Assembly (NCBI GenBank): GCA_038227635.1
Contig: JBBRPT010000006.1
Location: forward strand, 1 to 64,000
Direction of reading: 5' to 3'
Length of the DNA stretch: 64,000 bases
Origin: Leptolyngbyales cyanobacterium
GTDB lineage: Bacteria; Cyanobacteriota; Cyanobacteriia; Leptolyngbyales; Leptolyngbyaceae
Position numbers and translations under genes: made by a program
Shown here: in pieces, positions 10,243 through 19,651 of the stretch
How positions within the stretch are numbered: the first letter of the stretch is position 1
How the letters are laid out: each line of letters begins with the position of its first letter
Notes under the pieces: generated by a model
Seen by the model: only the letters and a program-made list of their open reading frames with translations
Databases searched by the model: none
What the model was told of the DNA's origin: nothing

Positions 10243-10384
10243 AAAGATTTGAGAGTTGAGGGGAGACGGGTCGCGATCGCTCGTCTTAAGATTTGAGGGG
10301 CAAGGGAATAAAATCGCGTTCTTAACAGTTTAGGGTGAGTTGTTCCGACACGCTTGCTTTGATTCAAAACTCAAACGTCTAACT

Positions 10385-11443
10385 ATGAATAAGCGTCGAG
10401 CGGTGTTGTGTGGCTATTACGGGATGGGAAACGGGGGCGACGAGGCGCTGCTGGCTTCTCTGCTGCAAATGTTGCCACCTCAAATCGAGCCTTTAGTCCT
10501 GTCGGGCAACCCTCAACAGACTCGTGATCGCTACAAGGTCGAAAGCTGCGATCGTAAGTCCTTAACCTCTGTTATTCAAGCACTACGAACGTCGGATATT
10601 TTTATTTGGGGCGGCGGTAGTTTAATGCAGGATGCAACCAGTCCGCTCAGTCCTTTTTATTACAGCGGCTTGATGAAACTCGCCCAACTAATGGGACTGA
10701 CCACGATCGCGTGGGCGCAGGGTATTGGTCCTTTAAATCAGTTATTGACTCGATCGCTGACAAAACAAGTCTTAAAGCACTGTGCCGGAGTGAGTGTGCG
10801 CGATCGCGGCTCTGCGTCGTTGCTTCACGATTGGGGCATCTCGTCGATGCTGGCACCCGACCCGGTTTGGGCAATGGAGTCAGAAGCGGTACCAGGCTTG
10901 TGGGATTTGCCTGCACCTAGAGTTGCTGTGAATTTGAGATCACATCCGCTATTAACGCCCGATCGATTGACCAGTCTGACTCGCGCCCTGATTGATTTTC
11001 AAAAAGCGACGCAGGTGTGTTTATTGCTCTTGCCCTTCCAAGCCAGTCAAGATTTAGCGATCGCCCAAGCCATTCAGCCTCAGCTTCCAGGGGTGAGCAA
11101 AATTCTCAGGCTCGAAAACCCCCAGGAACTAAAAGGCGTGTTTCGTGGGGTAGAAATGGCGATCGCGATGCGGTTACATGGACTGATTATGGCGGCGGCT
11201 GAGGGGTGTCGCTGCTGTGCGTTGAGCTATGACCCCAAAGTGAGCCGATTGATGGATGAGCTAGAAATTCCCGGATGGGAGTTGGCAGACCTGCCGTCAA
11301 ACCCAGATCAGATTAGTCAAACCTGGCTAGAGATTTATGCAAACGGCGATGCCCTCTCAGACGACCAGATTCATTCCCTGGTCGATCGCGCCTTGATGCA
11401 CCAAGCGTTGTTAGATGAAATCTTAACTAAACCTAAAAACTAA
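10385..11443 (+). CDS. csaB: Polysaccharide pyruvyl transferase CsaB
   Basis: Has the CGYYGMGNGGDEALL N-terminal motif of the CsaB/pyruvyl transferase family. The start was moved to the ATG at 10385 (MNKRRAVLCGYYG). Confidence 0.78.
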   Translation: MNKRRAVLCGYYGMGNGGDEALLASLLQMLPPQIEPLVLSGNPQQTRDRYKVESCDRKSLTSVIQALRTSDIFIWGGGSLMQDATSPLSPFYYSGLMKLAQLMGLTTIAWAQGIGPLNQLLTRSLTKQVLKHCAGVSVRDRGSASLLHDWGISSMLAPDPVWAMESEAVPGLWDLPAPRVAVNLRSHPLLTPDRLTSLTRALIDFQKATQVCLLLLPFQASQDLAIAQAIQPQLPGVSKILRLENPQELKGVFRGVEMAIAMRLHGLIMAAAEGCRCCALSYDPKVSRLMDELEIPGWELADLPSNPDQISQTWLEIYANGDALSDDQIHSLVDRALMHQALLDEILTKPKN

Positions 11444-11678
11444 AATATTCTTTGCGCTTGCGTCTAGGAACCCAACCTTCTGTGGTAAAAGAGTGTTTTA
11501 TAGAGCGTGAGCCAATGTCCTTTTGAGTGCCATCGGAATTACAGAAATTTTAGACAGATGGTTCAATTCTTAGAAACTGTCGGTATAACTAAGTCTGGAG
11601 AACTCAAGCCATTGAGTTGAGTCTTCACCTGCCAGCCAAACCACGATCGTAAGGGTTCTTTTTTCTAGGGTAAAAGTG

Positions 11679-13313
11679 ATGAGTGAAGCCGAAAATTCAA
11701 ACAACAATCCCAGCTTGTTTGAGTCTGTTCCCCCGTCTGAGACAGCCGAGCTAGACTCGCTTGCAGAAGAATGGACAACGATCGATTTTCCCAACGCGCT
11801 ACCCGTTGACGCGATTCCTCACGAAACTCCTGCGATCCCCGATCACGCTGAGCTGGTGAAATCCCTGAGCGATCGTATTCAACAACTAGAGCAACAAAAT
11901 CAAGATATTTGCCGCCAGAAAGACGATTTGATCCAGGTGTTAGAGAAACAAGATCAGGAATTTCACGCCCAAATCGCCAACCTCAATAAAGCGCTGCAAC
12001 AAACTCGCAATATGCTGCGACTAGAGCGACGAAACTGGGAGTCACAATCGAGCCAAATCAAACGGCGATCGCACGAGCAAACTGCTCACATTGCCCAACA
12101 AACCCAAGAATTAACAGCAACTCAAGAACAGGTCGTGAAGCTGTTTCGAGAGATAGAGCAATCTCAGCAAATCGCTCAGAGACAGCAAATCTTAGTCGAG
12201 ACGCTGACCCACCAGCTAGAAGCCAGCCAAGAACAAGTCGCCCTGCTAGAGCGAGAATGTGCGCTAACTCAGCAGCGCTACACCGACCAGACGCAACTCG
12301 TCCATCAAACCGAAAACGCCTGTAAAGATTTGCGATCGCGTCTCCTGCGCCAACAGCGCTACACCATGCAGTTTAAGACGGCTTTAGAGAAGTGTCTCGA
12401 TGTCCCTGCTGCTAAATCGGCTGACAGTCTAGATGACTTAACGCTCAACCCCTTAGCAGAGCCTCTCAGACAGGATATAACCCGTCACTCCTCTGATTTG
12501 TTAGCGCCCAAAGCCCAACCTGTCCAACCTTGGTCAGCCCAACCCGAATTTCTAGAACTCAACACGCTAGAAGATTCTCAGTCAGTCTACATTCCGTCTC
12601 CTTGGGATGAAGAACCCGCCTTTAGTGAGACGGATGATTTAATCATTTATCAGGACATTGATGATGCACCTGTAGCGGCGATCGCAGAAGAGTCATTTGA
12701 GATGCCTGTCATGGATGTGCCTAAAATCGAGCCGCCTGTGGTGAGTTACACAATTCAGCGATCGACCGTCTCAGAATCCGAAGCATCGCTTTCTCCCGAA
12801 ATTCAATTATTTACGCCCAGTGACTCGCTTTTAGTGGACGACGCTCAACCAGAGGAATTAACCCTCATTGACCCAGCCTCACCTGCAGTCGAGTTCGATT
12901 TAGAACAAAAATTCGAGGAGGCTCTGCAATCATTCGAGGAGTCTAAGGCTAACTCGTTCATCTGCGCGGCTGATTTTGCAGATTCACTTCAAGATGACCA
13001 GGAAATTTTGAACGAGATTCATGCGATCGAGGAGTCTACCAATCCAGAGCAGAAGATTGATGCGATTGATGCTGCCCTGCCTCAAGCAGACGAAATCGAG
13101 CTAACGCCATCTGAGTCGGCGCAATCTTCATCGCCTTTTGTGACCCTACGATCGCAGGCGGATAATGACTCTGATCAAGAAGAGGTGACAGAGGACGAAT
13201 TGCCTCTTGTTACAAGTGGGCTGTCTCCGATCGTTTATCCGCTACGGTCTTCTAAAAAGCTGAAATCTCTTGCTGCTGTTGACTTACCCTCTTTTCCACG
13301 TCGCAGCAAATAA
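11679..13313 (+). CDS. Acidic coiled-coil protein, unknown function
   Basis: About 544 aa, Glu/Gln-rich with heptad-like regions (residues about 60-230) and an acidic disordered C-terminal half. Confidence 0.55.
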   Translation: MSEAENSNNNPSLFESVPPSETAELDSLAEEWTTIDFPNALPVDAIPHETPAIPDHAELVKSLSDRIQQLEQQNQDICRQKDDLIQVLEKQDQEFHAQIANLNKALQQTRNMLRLERRNWESQSSQIKRRSHEQTAHIAQQTQELTATQEQVVKLFREIEQSQQIAQRQQILVETLTHQLEASQEQVALLERECALTQQRYTDQTQLVHQTENACKDLRSRLLRQQRYTMQFKTALEKCLDVPAAKSADSLDDLTLNPLAEPLRQDITRHSSDLLAPKAQPVQPWSAQPEFLELNTLEDSQSVYIPSPWDEEPAFSETDDLIIYQDIDDAPVAAIAEESFEMPVMDVPKIEPPVVSYTIQRSTVSESEASLSPEIQLFTPSDSLLVDDAQPEELTLIDPASPAVEFDLEQKFEEALQSFEESKANSFICAADFADSLQDDQEILNEIHAIEESTNPEQKIDAIDAALPQADEIELTPSESAQSSSPFVTLRSQADNDSDQEEVTEDELPLVTSGLSPIVYPLRSSKKLKSLAAVDLPSFPRRSK

Positions 13314-13564
13314 ACAGAAGTCTGCCCCAAGAAAACTGTCTGATTAGTTAGACTATTGGGCTGACGATTCAAATAATTCGATGAGCGCGATCGTAATCGT
13401 AGACTTCATCGCCAAAATCTTGCTTGAATGTCACATATTCAGCACTCTGGCACAACTTGCCCGATCGCTCCATAATTTAGAGAATGTTTGAGACGTAATT
13501 ATTCGTCGCATTCACTTGCCCTGTTGCAGCGAAGAAGACATCAAATACTTCTCAGACATACTCC

Positions 13565-13693
13565 ACGCGATGTGCAACTCATTTGCCCTCTCCCGCAGGA
13601 GAGGGGCGCTAGAAATCTTGTTCCCTCTCCTATGGGAGAGGGCTAGGGTGAGGACAGTCTTTGCGGGTGTTTCAGGAAAGTCGCACATCGCGT
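13565..13693. repeat. MITE-like TIR-bounded repeat, copy 3 (full length)
   Basis: TIR ACGCGATGTGC...GCACATCGCGT, with the same internal hairpins as copy 2. Confidence 0.85.
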
Positions 13694-13738
13694 TACTCTT
13701 AAACAGTTTATTGGTTGCCCTGTGAGGAGGAACGATCT

Positions 13739-15358
13739 ATGACAAGTTTGCTAGAGTCTCCCCAATTATCAGAATCGACTGCTCAACGATCGCCCTACGT
13801 GCCCCAAAATCAGCGTCGAGTTTTGTGTGTGTTTCCCCAATACAGCCGATCGTTTGGGACGTTTCATCATGCCTATTCATTAATGCAGAATGTGCGGGCG
13901 TTTATGCCGCCTCAGGGGTTGTTGATAGTAGCAGCCTATTTGCCGAAAGAGTGGGAAGTGCGATTTGTTGATGAAAATGTCAAATCAGCAACGTCTGCGG
14001 ATTACAAGTGGGCAGATGTAGTGATTGCGAGCGGAATGCACATTCAGCGATCGCAGATTAATCACATTAATCATCTAGCTCATCAAGCCGGAAAAGTGAC
14101 GATCGTGGGCGGTCCTTCAGTGTCGGGTTGTCCTGACTATTATCCTGACTTTGATATTTTGCATTTGGGTGAGTTGGGTGATGCCACCGATCGCATGATC
14201 GAACATTTGGATCGGAGTGTCGATCGTCCCGCTCAACAAGTTCGGTTTGAGACTCAAGAACGGTTGCCTCTGAGCGAGTTTCCGACTCCCGCCTACCAGC
14301 ATTTGGATCTAAATCGCTACTTTCTGACGAACATTCAGTTTTCGAGCGGTTGCCCTTATCACTGTGAGTTTTGTGATATTCCTGAACTCTATGGCAACAA
14401 CCCTCGCATGAAAACGCCCGAACAGGTGCTGCGTGAATTAGACGCGATGTTAGAGCAAGGCAATCCGGGGGCGGTTTATTTTGTCGATGATAACTTCGTA
14501 GGCAATCGTCGGGCCGTGAGTGAGCTATTACCGCATCTGATCGCGTGGCAAAAACAAAACGGTTATTCGGTGCAGTTTGCCTGTGAAGCAACGCTCAATC
14601 TTGCTCAGAGTCCAAAGCTGTTAGAAATGATGCGAGAAGCGTATTTTTGCACCGTTTTTTGTGGCATCGAAACGCCTGAGCCGGAGGCACTTCGAGCCAT
14701 GTCAAAAGATCAAAATTTGAGTCTGCCGATTTTGGATGCGATCGCCACTCTCAATCGCTATGGCATGGAAGTTGTATCGGGCATCATTTTGGGATTAGAC
14801 ACCGACACTCCAGAAACGGGCGATCGGATTCTAGAATTCGTCCGTCAGTCTCAGATCCCAATGCTGACGATCAACTTATTGTATGCGTTGCCTAAGACTC
14901 CACTCTGGCGCAGATTAGAAGCCGAAGGGAGACTGATCTTAGACTCCGATCGAGAATCAAACGTAGACTTCTTGATGCCCTACGACGACGTAATGGAGAT
15001 GTGGTATCGCTGCATCACCACTGCTTATGAACCAGAGTTTTTATTTGAACGCTTTGCCTATCAGTGTGAGCACACTTACCCCAATCGCATCAAAGTGCCC
15101 AACAGTCCGGCGCGCACCTCTCCTGCCAACATTCGCAAAGGCTTGACGATGTTAGCCAAAATTCTGCTCAAAGTTGGGGTCTTTAGTCACTACCGCAAAA
15201 CCTTTTGGGCAATGGCAAAACCTGCCTTGAAAAAACAACAAATCGAACAGGTTATTCACGTCGGTTTGGTGAGTCACCACTTGATTCAATTTACGCAGGA
15301 GTGTATGAAAGGAAAGGAATCAGCATCGTTTTATTCGCAAAAACTTAAGGGGAAATAA
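13739..15358 (+). CDS. B12-binding radical SAM protein (class B rSAM, DUF4070-type C-terminus)
   Basis: N-terminal B12-binding fold (VLCVFPQY...GLLIVAAYLP...VVIASGM). The radical SAM cluster motif is CPYHCEFC. An AGGAGG SD lies 8 nt upstream of the ATG at 13739. Confidence 0.85.
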   Translation: MTSLLESPQLSESTAQRSPYVPQNQRRVLCVFPQYSRSFGTFHHAYSLMQNVRAFMPPQGLLIVAAYLPKEWEVRFVDENVKSATSADYKWADVVIASGMHIQRSQINHINHLAHQAGKVTIVGGPSVSGCPDYYPDFDILHLGELGDATDRMIEHLDRSVDRPAQQVRFETQERLPLSEFPTPAYQHLDLNRYFLTNIQFSSGCPYHCEFCDIPELYGNNPRMKTPEQVLRELDAMLEQGNPGAVYFVDDNFVGNRRAVSELLPHLIAWQKQNGYSVQFACEATLNLAQSPKLLEMMREAYFCTVFCGIETPEPEALRAMSKDQNLSLPILDAIATLNRYGMEVVSGIILGLDTDTPETGDRILEFVRQSQIPMLTINLLYALPKTPLWRRLEAEGRLILDSDRESNVDFLMPYDDVMEMWYRCITTAYEPEFLFERFAYQCEHTYPNRIKVPNSPARTSPANIRKGLTMLAKILLKVGVFSHYRKTFWAMAKPALKKQQIEQVIHVGLVSHHLIQFTQECMKGKESASFYSQKLKGK

Positions 15359-16318
15359 ATGACTACGAGGCAGGATCAGGTGACGAGTTTCTCGATCGTG
15401 CTAGAAACCGAGAATCTAGCCAACGCTGACATCAAAGGATTGATTGACGCGATCGCGGCTCTTGCTCAGCAATCTCTGCCTCCGACTGCCGCCAATGAAG
15501 TGCTGCTCATTGATAGTGGTGACACGCCGCCTGATTTATTGGCGCAGCTCTGCCATCAATATCCGTGGATTAACGTGCATCACGCGCCTGTGAGCACTCG
15601 CTACTACAAAGCCAAAATGCTGGGTGCAGAACTCGCAACCGGAGCGATCGTCGTCTACTACGACTGTGATTGTGTCTATGAATTCGACTGGCTACAAACG
15701 ATGTTGTCCAGCTTCACACGATCTGACATTCAGCTTGTGGCAGGAGAAACGACAACTCGCAGCGTTGGCATCTACGGTACTGCAATGGCATTGGTCTATA
15801 TTTTTCCGCAATATTCTGGACGAGAAAACCTGACTCCGGTTAATCAATACTTTTTGAATAATGTGGCGTTTCGGCGTGAGTTTTTGCTTCAGCATCCAAT
15901 CCCGTTTGAGTTGCCCCTTTATCGAGGTCACTGTGCCATCCACGCTCAAGAGTTGCGCCAGCAAGGATACACGATTTGGAGTCAGCCCAAAGCCAGAGCA
16001 ACTCACGCCCCGCCTAATGGATTGTCCCATTTCTTTTGGCGATTTTTGCTGATCGGACACGATTATTATTGGCAAAAAAAGCTGCTCAAAGGAACCGTTT
16101 CGGGCGATCCTACGATGTCAGGCATGACGGGAAAAATGCAGGTGTTTGGCGATCGAGTCGGCAAGATGATTGCCAATAATCCGCGTCATGTGATCTTTTT
16201 TCCGTTGGCGATGCCGATCGCGATCGCGTCAGCAATCCTAATTTATAGTGGCTATCTGATCACTTCCTTCAGTCCGCACTATCTTTTGAAGACCTATGAC
16301 AGGATTTTAGGTGAATAA
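15359..16318 (+). CDS. Glycosyltransferase family 2-like protein with C-terminal membrane segment
   Basis: The ATG at 15359 immediately follows the TAA at 15356-15358 of the rSAM gene. GT-A-like N-terminus (FSIVLET..., acidic DCD motif in VVYYDCDCVYEF). Confidence 0.55.
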   Translation: MTTRQDQVTSFSIVLETENLANADIKGLIDAIAALAQQSLPPTAANEVLLIDSGDTPPDLLAQLCHQYPWINVHHAPVSTRYYKAKMLGAELATGAIVVYYDCDCVYEFDWLQTMLSSFTRSDIQLVAGETTTRSVGIYGTAMALVYIFPQYSGRENLTPVNQYFLNNVAFRREFLLQHPIPFELPLYRGHCAIHAQELRQQGYTIWSQPKARATHAPPNGLSHFFWRFLLIGHDYYWQKKLLKGTVSGDPTMSGMTGKMQVFGDRVGKMIANNPRHVIFFPLAMPIAIASAILIYSGYLITSFSPHYLLKTYDRILGE

Positions 16319-16338
16319 CCAATCTGCTTCTGTTCATG

Positions 16339-17046
16339 TCAGTTTGACAAGTGCGATTTGCTGCATGTCCCTATCCTCTGGCAAGCTGAATAAATCAACA
16401 GCGTTTTGTATTGATCAATTTGCTTGATTTTTCCAGCAGACTCAAAGGACTGAACGATCGGTCTCGCTTGGTTCCAATCCAATGAGCCTGTGTAAAATAA
16501 CAGCTTGCCGTCGGGGTTGAGTTTGTTTAAGAATAGCTGCAATAAAGATTCGTCAGTTTGGTAAGTTGAAGCGGCATTTTCAGGCATGTAAAACTCACAC
16601 AAGTGGAACAGCGTCACCAGGTCAAACGTAGGTAATATAGTTTCAGTCAGGGTATAAATATCTGCAAACAGAACTTTGTAATGTTTAGCCAGAGCGCTAT
16701 CGTTGAGCACTCGTTGAACGTATGCACGATGCTCAAGAGCCGATGCTGTGATACCTAGAATTTCATTAGGTTGAGCAAATTTCTGATTTTCTAGACCGAC
16801 CGTGTGATGGGCACCTGTCCCAAAGTGAAAGATGGTTTTGTTTTCAGTCTGCGATTGCTTCAAATAGTCAATCAGCTCAAGATCACAGGGACAGCGATCG
16901 CGATCGAGTGCCCAATAAGAAGCTTTTTGATAATAGGAAAGCCCCAAAGCGTGAGGCTGTACGGGTCGCCTACCTCGAATCGTGTTGATCAACTTTTTCA
17001 ACGTAGACTTCTGGGTGAGACGCTTGAGGTTTATCATAGCCATCAT
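16339..17046 (-). CDS. Putative class I SAM-dependent methyltransferase
   Basis: 235 aa. Has a motif-I-like IFHFGTGAHHTVGLE and a downstream acidic motif VLFADIYTL. Confidence 0.45.
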   Translation of the reverse strand: MMAMINLKRLTQKSTLKKLINTIRGRRPVQPHALGLSYYQKASYWALDRDRCPCDLELIDYLKQSQTENKTIFHFGTGAHHTVGLENQKFAQPNEILGITASALEHRAYVQRVLNDSALAKHYKVLFADIYTLTETILPTFDLVTLFHLCEFYMPENAASTYQTDESLLQLFLNKLNPDGKLLFYTGSLDWNQARPIVQSFESAGKIKQIDQYKTLLIYSACQRIGTCSKSHLSN

Positions 17047-17420
17047 TCACTCTGTATGTAGATTGACAATCAGTCCACAGCAATCTGCCTTGAGGTGTGA
17101 AGCTCTCCTCCCTCCAGATTAAAGAGCATCACATTTGGCTCCTTTGAGCTTAAATGACCAGAATTGGAAGATGGCATCGCTTACAACCCGTTGAGAATTG
17201 CGGTGTCACAGTAAAGATATGAAATAGAGATCAATCGAGTCAAGACTTCTAGAGTACCTTTCTCAAGAACTGTCTAAAAAGTGCCGAATCAGAAGCAACG
17301 GTCAAATCTGACTCTACTTGGGTTCAGTCCTTTGAGCAGAATTCGCTCCGTTATTGTCAGCCAAAAGAATATGCAGAACCGCGTCACTTTGGCTGATGGG
17401 ATTTGCACCGTGAGGCAAGT

Positions 17421-17687
17421 TCATTGATTGACGACGCTACAAACGTCGATCGTGCCTCCGTGCAGTTTGACCAACTCTTGCACCGACACTCCGATTCCTG
17501 AGCTTTCATCACTGCGTCCTTTGGCTCCTGCAACGCGATGAAACCGCTTAAACAACTGTGGCAACTCGCTGGCTAGAATTCCAGTCTCAGTATCTTCAAC
17601 ACTAAGAACAATCTGGCGATCGATTTCTTTTAACGTAACGGTGAACCAGCCTTTTAATGTAAACCTAAATGCATTTGAGAATATGCT
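17421..17687 (-). pseudogene. Histidine kinase remnant (HATPase_c domain only, no start codon, no HisKA)
   Basis: The minus-strand frame reads SNAFRFTLKGWFTVTLKEIDRQIVLSVEDTETGILASELPQLFKRFHRVAGAKGRSDESSGIGVSVQELVKLHGGTIDV then stop. N, G1 and G2 boxes are present, preceded by an in-frame TGA, with no Met. Confidence 0.6.
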
Positions 17688-18289
17688 ACAAGATCAGTAG
17701 GTTCAAAACAAAGAGAAGATACTGATTTGATGCGTCAGTCTTCGTTGTTGTTCGTAGTAGTGTGAAATGAAGCTTCACATTGCGCTCAATTGACTAGACA
17801 AGTCGCTGTTTCTGCACTAACTCTCAAGAAACACTCTCAATCAGCCCCGTTCGATCGGGTCGTTTTTGGCTCAGTCCCGCCCGTAATTGAAAATCGCGGT
17901 CTAACGGTGCGAAGTCCACTAAAGGGACTGAAAGAGGGTTTGAGGTATTCAGTCCGTTGCAACGGACTTCGCAAGGCTAGCTCGGAATTCCATTCACGGG
18001 AGGGACGAAAACGCAGCAAAGCTGGTGCAAGATTCAAGCTAACTCAAGCTCTAGGAGGTGCCATCTCAATCGATCGTTGAGCCATTTAGCAACACCCGAC
18101 TTGCAGCGAGGGGAGAGGCGATCGCGCCGCCATTGTTTGAACTTCTAGCCGATCGAGAAAAATCTGTCTCTACACGGGCGATTTTCACCAAATTTCTTGA
18201 CTATTTTTGATTCAATTGCCTAAATTACAGCTATTCTGTGGCATAGTTTTCAAACCCTGATGACTGTCTGACTGTGTGATGCCAAATTT

Positions 18290-18871
18290 ATGACTTCTAA
18301 CGTGAATCCTCAATCTTCTGCGCGAACTGCAAAAACATCTGGGCAACCCGTGCCGTCTGTGAGTGCTTATTCGCCATCTGTGCCGATTTCTCTCTATCGC
18401 GAAGTGACTGCCGAACTTCAGACTTCACGGGCAACCGTGGAGGCACTCAAAGCGCAAAACCAGCAGTTAGCTAAACAAAACAACTATCTGCGCCAAGAGG
18501 TTGAGAAAGCTGCCTTGACGACTCTGCATCTCCGTCAAGTGGTGAGCAATTTGCCTCCGGTTAACATGGAGTTGCCTCAAACTCCTCGTGTAGAGGTGAT
18601 GCCTGAGCTAGAAGCTAGATTTGCACCTCCAGCAGCACCGCGTCCTCAGGTGCCCAAACACTCTCAGGTCGAGTCAACTGAGTCTCCCTTTTTGTCAGAT
18701 GATTTGGTCTTTGAGCAAGAGAGTCAGCCTCGTCGCAAAATTCAGTCTGACAAACGCCCGACTGAGTTAAATGGCTGGTGGTTGGGCGTTATTATCGTCA
18801 TGATTGTGGTTACGGCTTTTGGCACAGGCTTTTTAATTGTGCGTCCTCTATTGCCGTCTGCAAATAAATAG
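18290..18871 (+). CDS. Hypothetical protein with coiled-coil segment and C-terminal TM anchor
   Basis: 193 aa. Heptad-like region ALKAQNQQLAKQNNYLRQEVEKA. C-terminal hydrophobic helix WWLGVIIVMIVVTAFGTGFLIV. Confidence 0.5.
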   Translation: MTSNVNPQSSARTAKTSGQPVPSVSAYSPSVPISLYREVTAELQTSRATVEALKAQNQQLAKQNNYLRQEVEKAALTTLHLRQVVSNLPPVNMELPQTPRVEVMPELEARFAPPAAPRPQVPKHSQVESTESPFLSDDLVFEQESQPRRKIQSDKRPTELNGWWLGVIIVMIVVTAFGTGFLIVRPLLPSANK

Positions 18872-19020
18872 AGAATTTTGGGAGCGAGCGACGCTACAAA
18901 TCTTGACAAAATAGCCGCTAGATTGGGCGGTTGTGCAATAGTTTGTCAAGAAAAGTTGGGAGCGATCGTGCGAAACTCTATGAGGGTTAAGTGCACAAGG
19001 CATGACTTCAGTGCAAAATG

Positions 19021-19034
19021 GTAGTCGTCGTTAC
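19021..19034 (+). promoter_or_regulatory. Candidate NtcA binding site (GTAN8TAC) upstream of glnB
   Basis: GTAgtcgtcgtTAC lies 75-88 nt upstream of the glnB start. No clean TAN3T -10 is found at the canonical spacing, so this is weak. Confidence 0.25.
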
Positions 19035-19060
19035 AAACCCTTTCTTAGTAACGGTGATAG

Positions 19061-19447
<387 letters not shown>

Positions 19448-19509
19448 CGAGTGTTCCAAAGATTCCTTAGAAGTAACTCTTTATAATTCACCTTTCCAGA
19501 CTTAATCAG

Positions 19510-19537
19510 GCAACTCCAATGGGGGTTGCTTTTTTTT
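19510..19537 (+). terminator. Rho-independent terminator downstream of glnB
   Basis: 8-bp GC-rich stem GCAACTCC / GGGGTTGC, 4-nt loop, followed by T8. Confidence 0.65.
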
Positions 19538-19651
19538 GCGAGACACGACCCACGATCGCTCTTGGTGTGTGAGACTCCGATCGCTTCTGTTGAGTGAGAC
19601 AGACTATCGGTTGAGCCGATCGAGGGCATTCAACCTCAGACGATCGACAGC

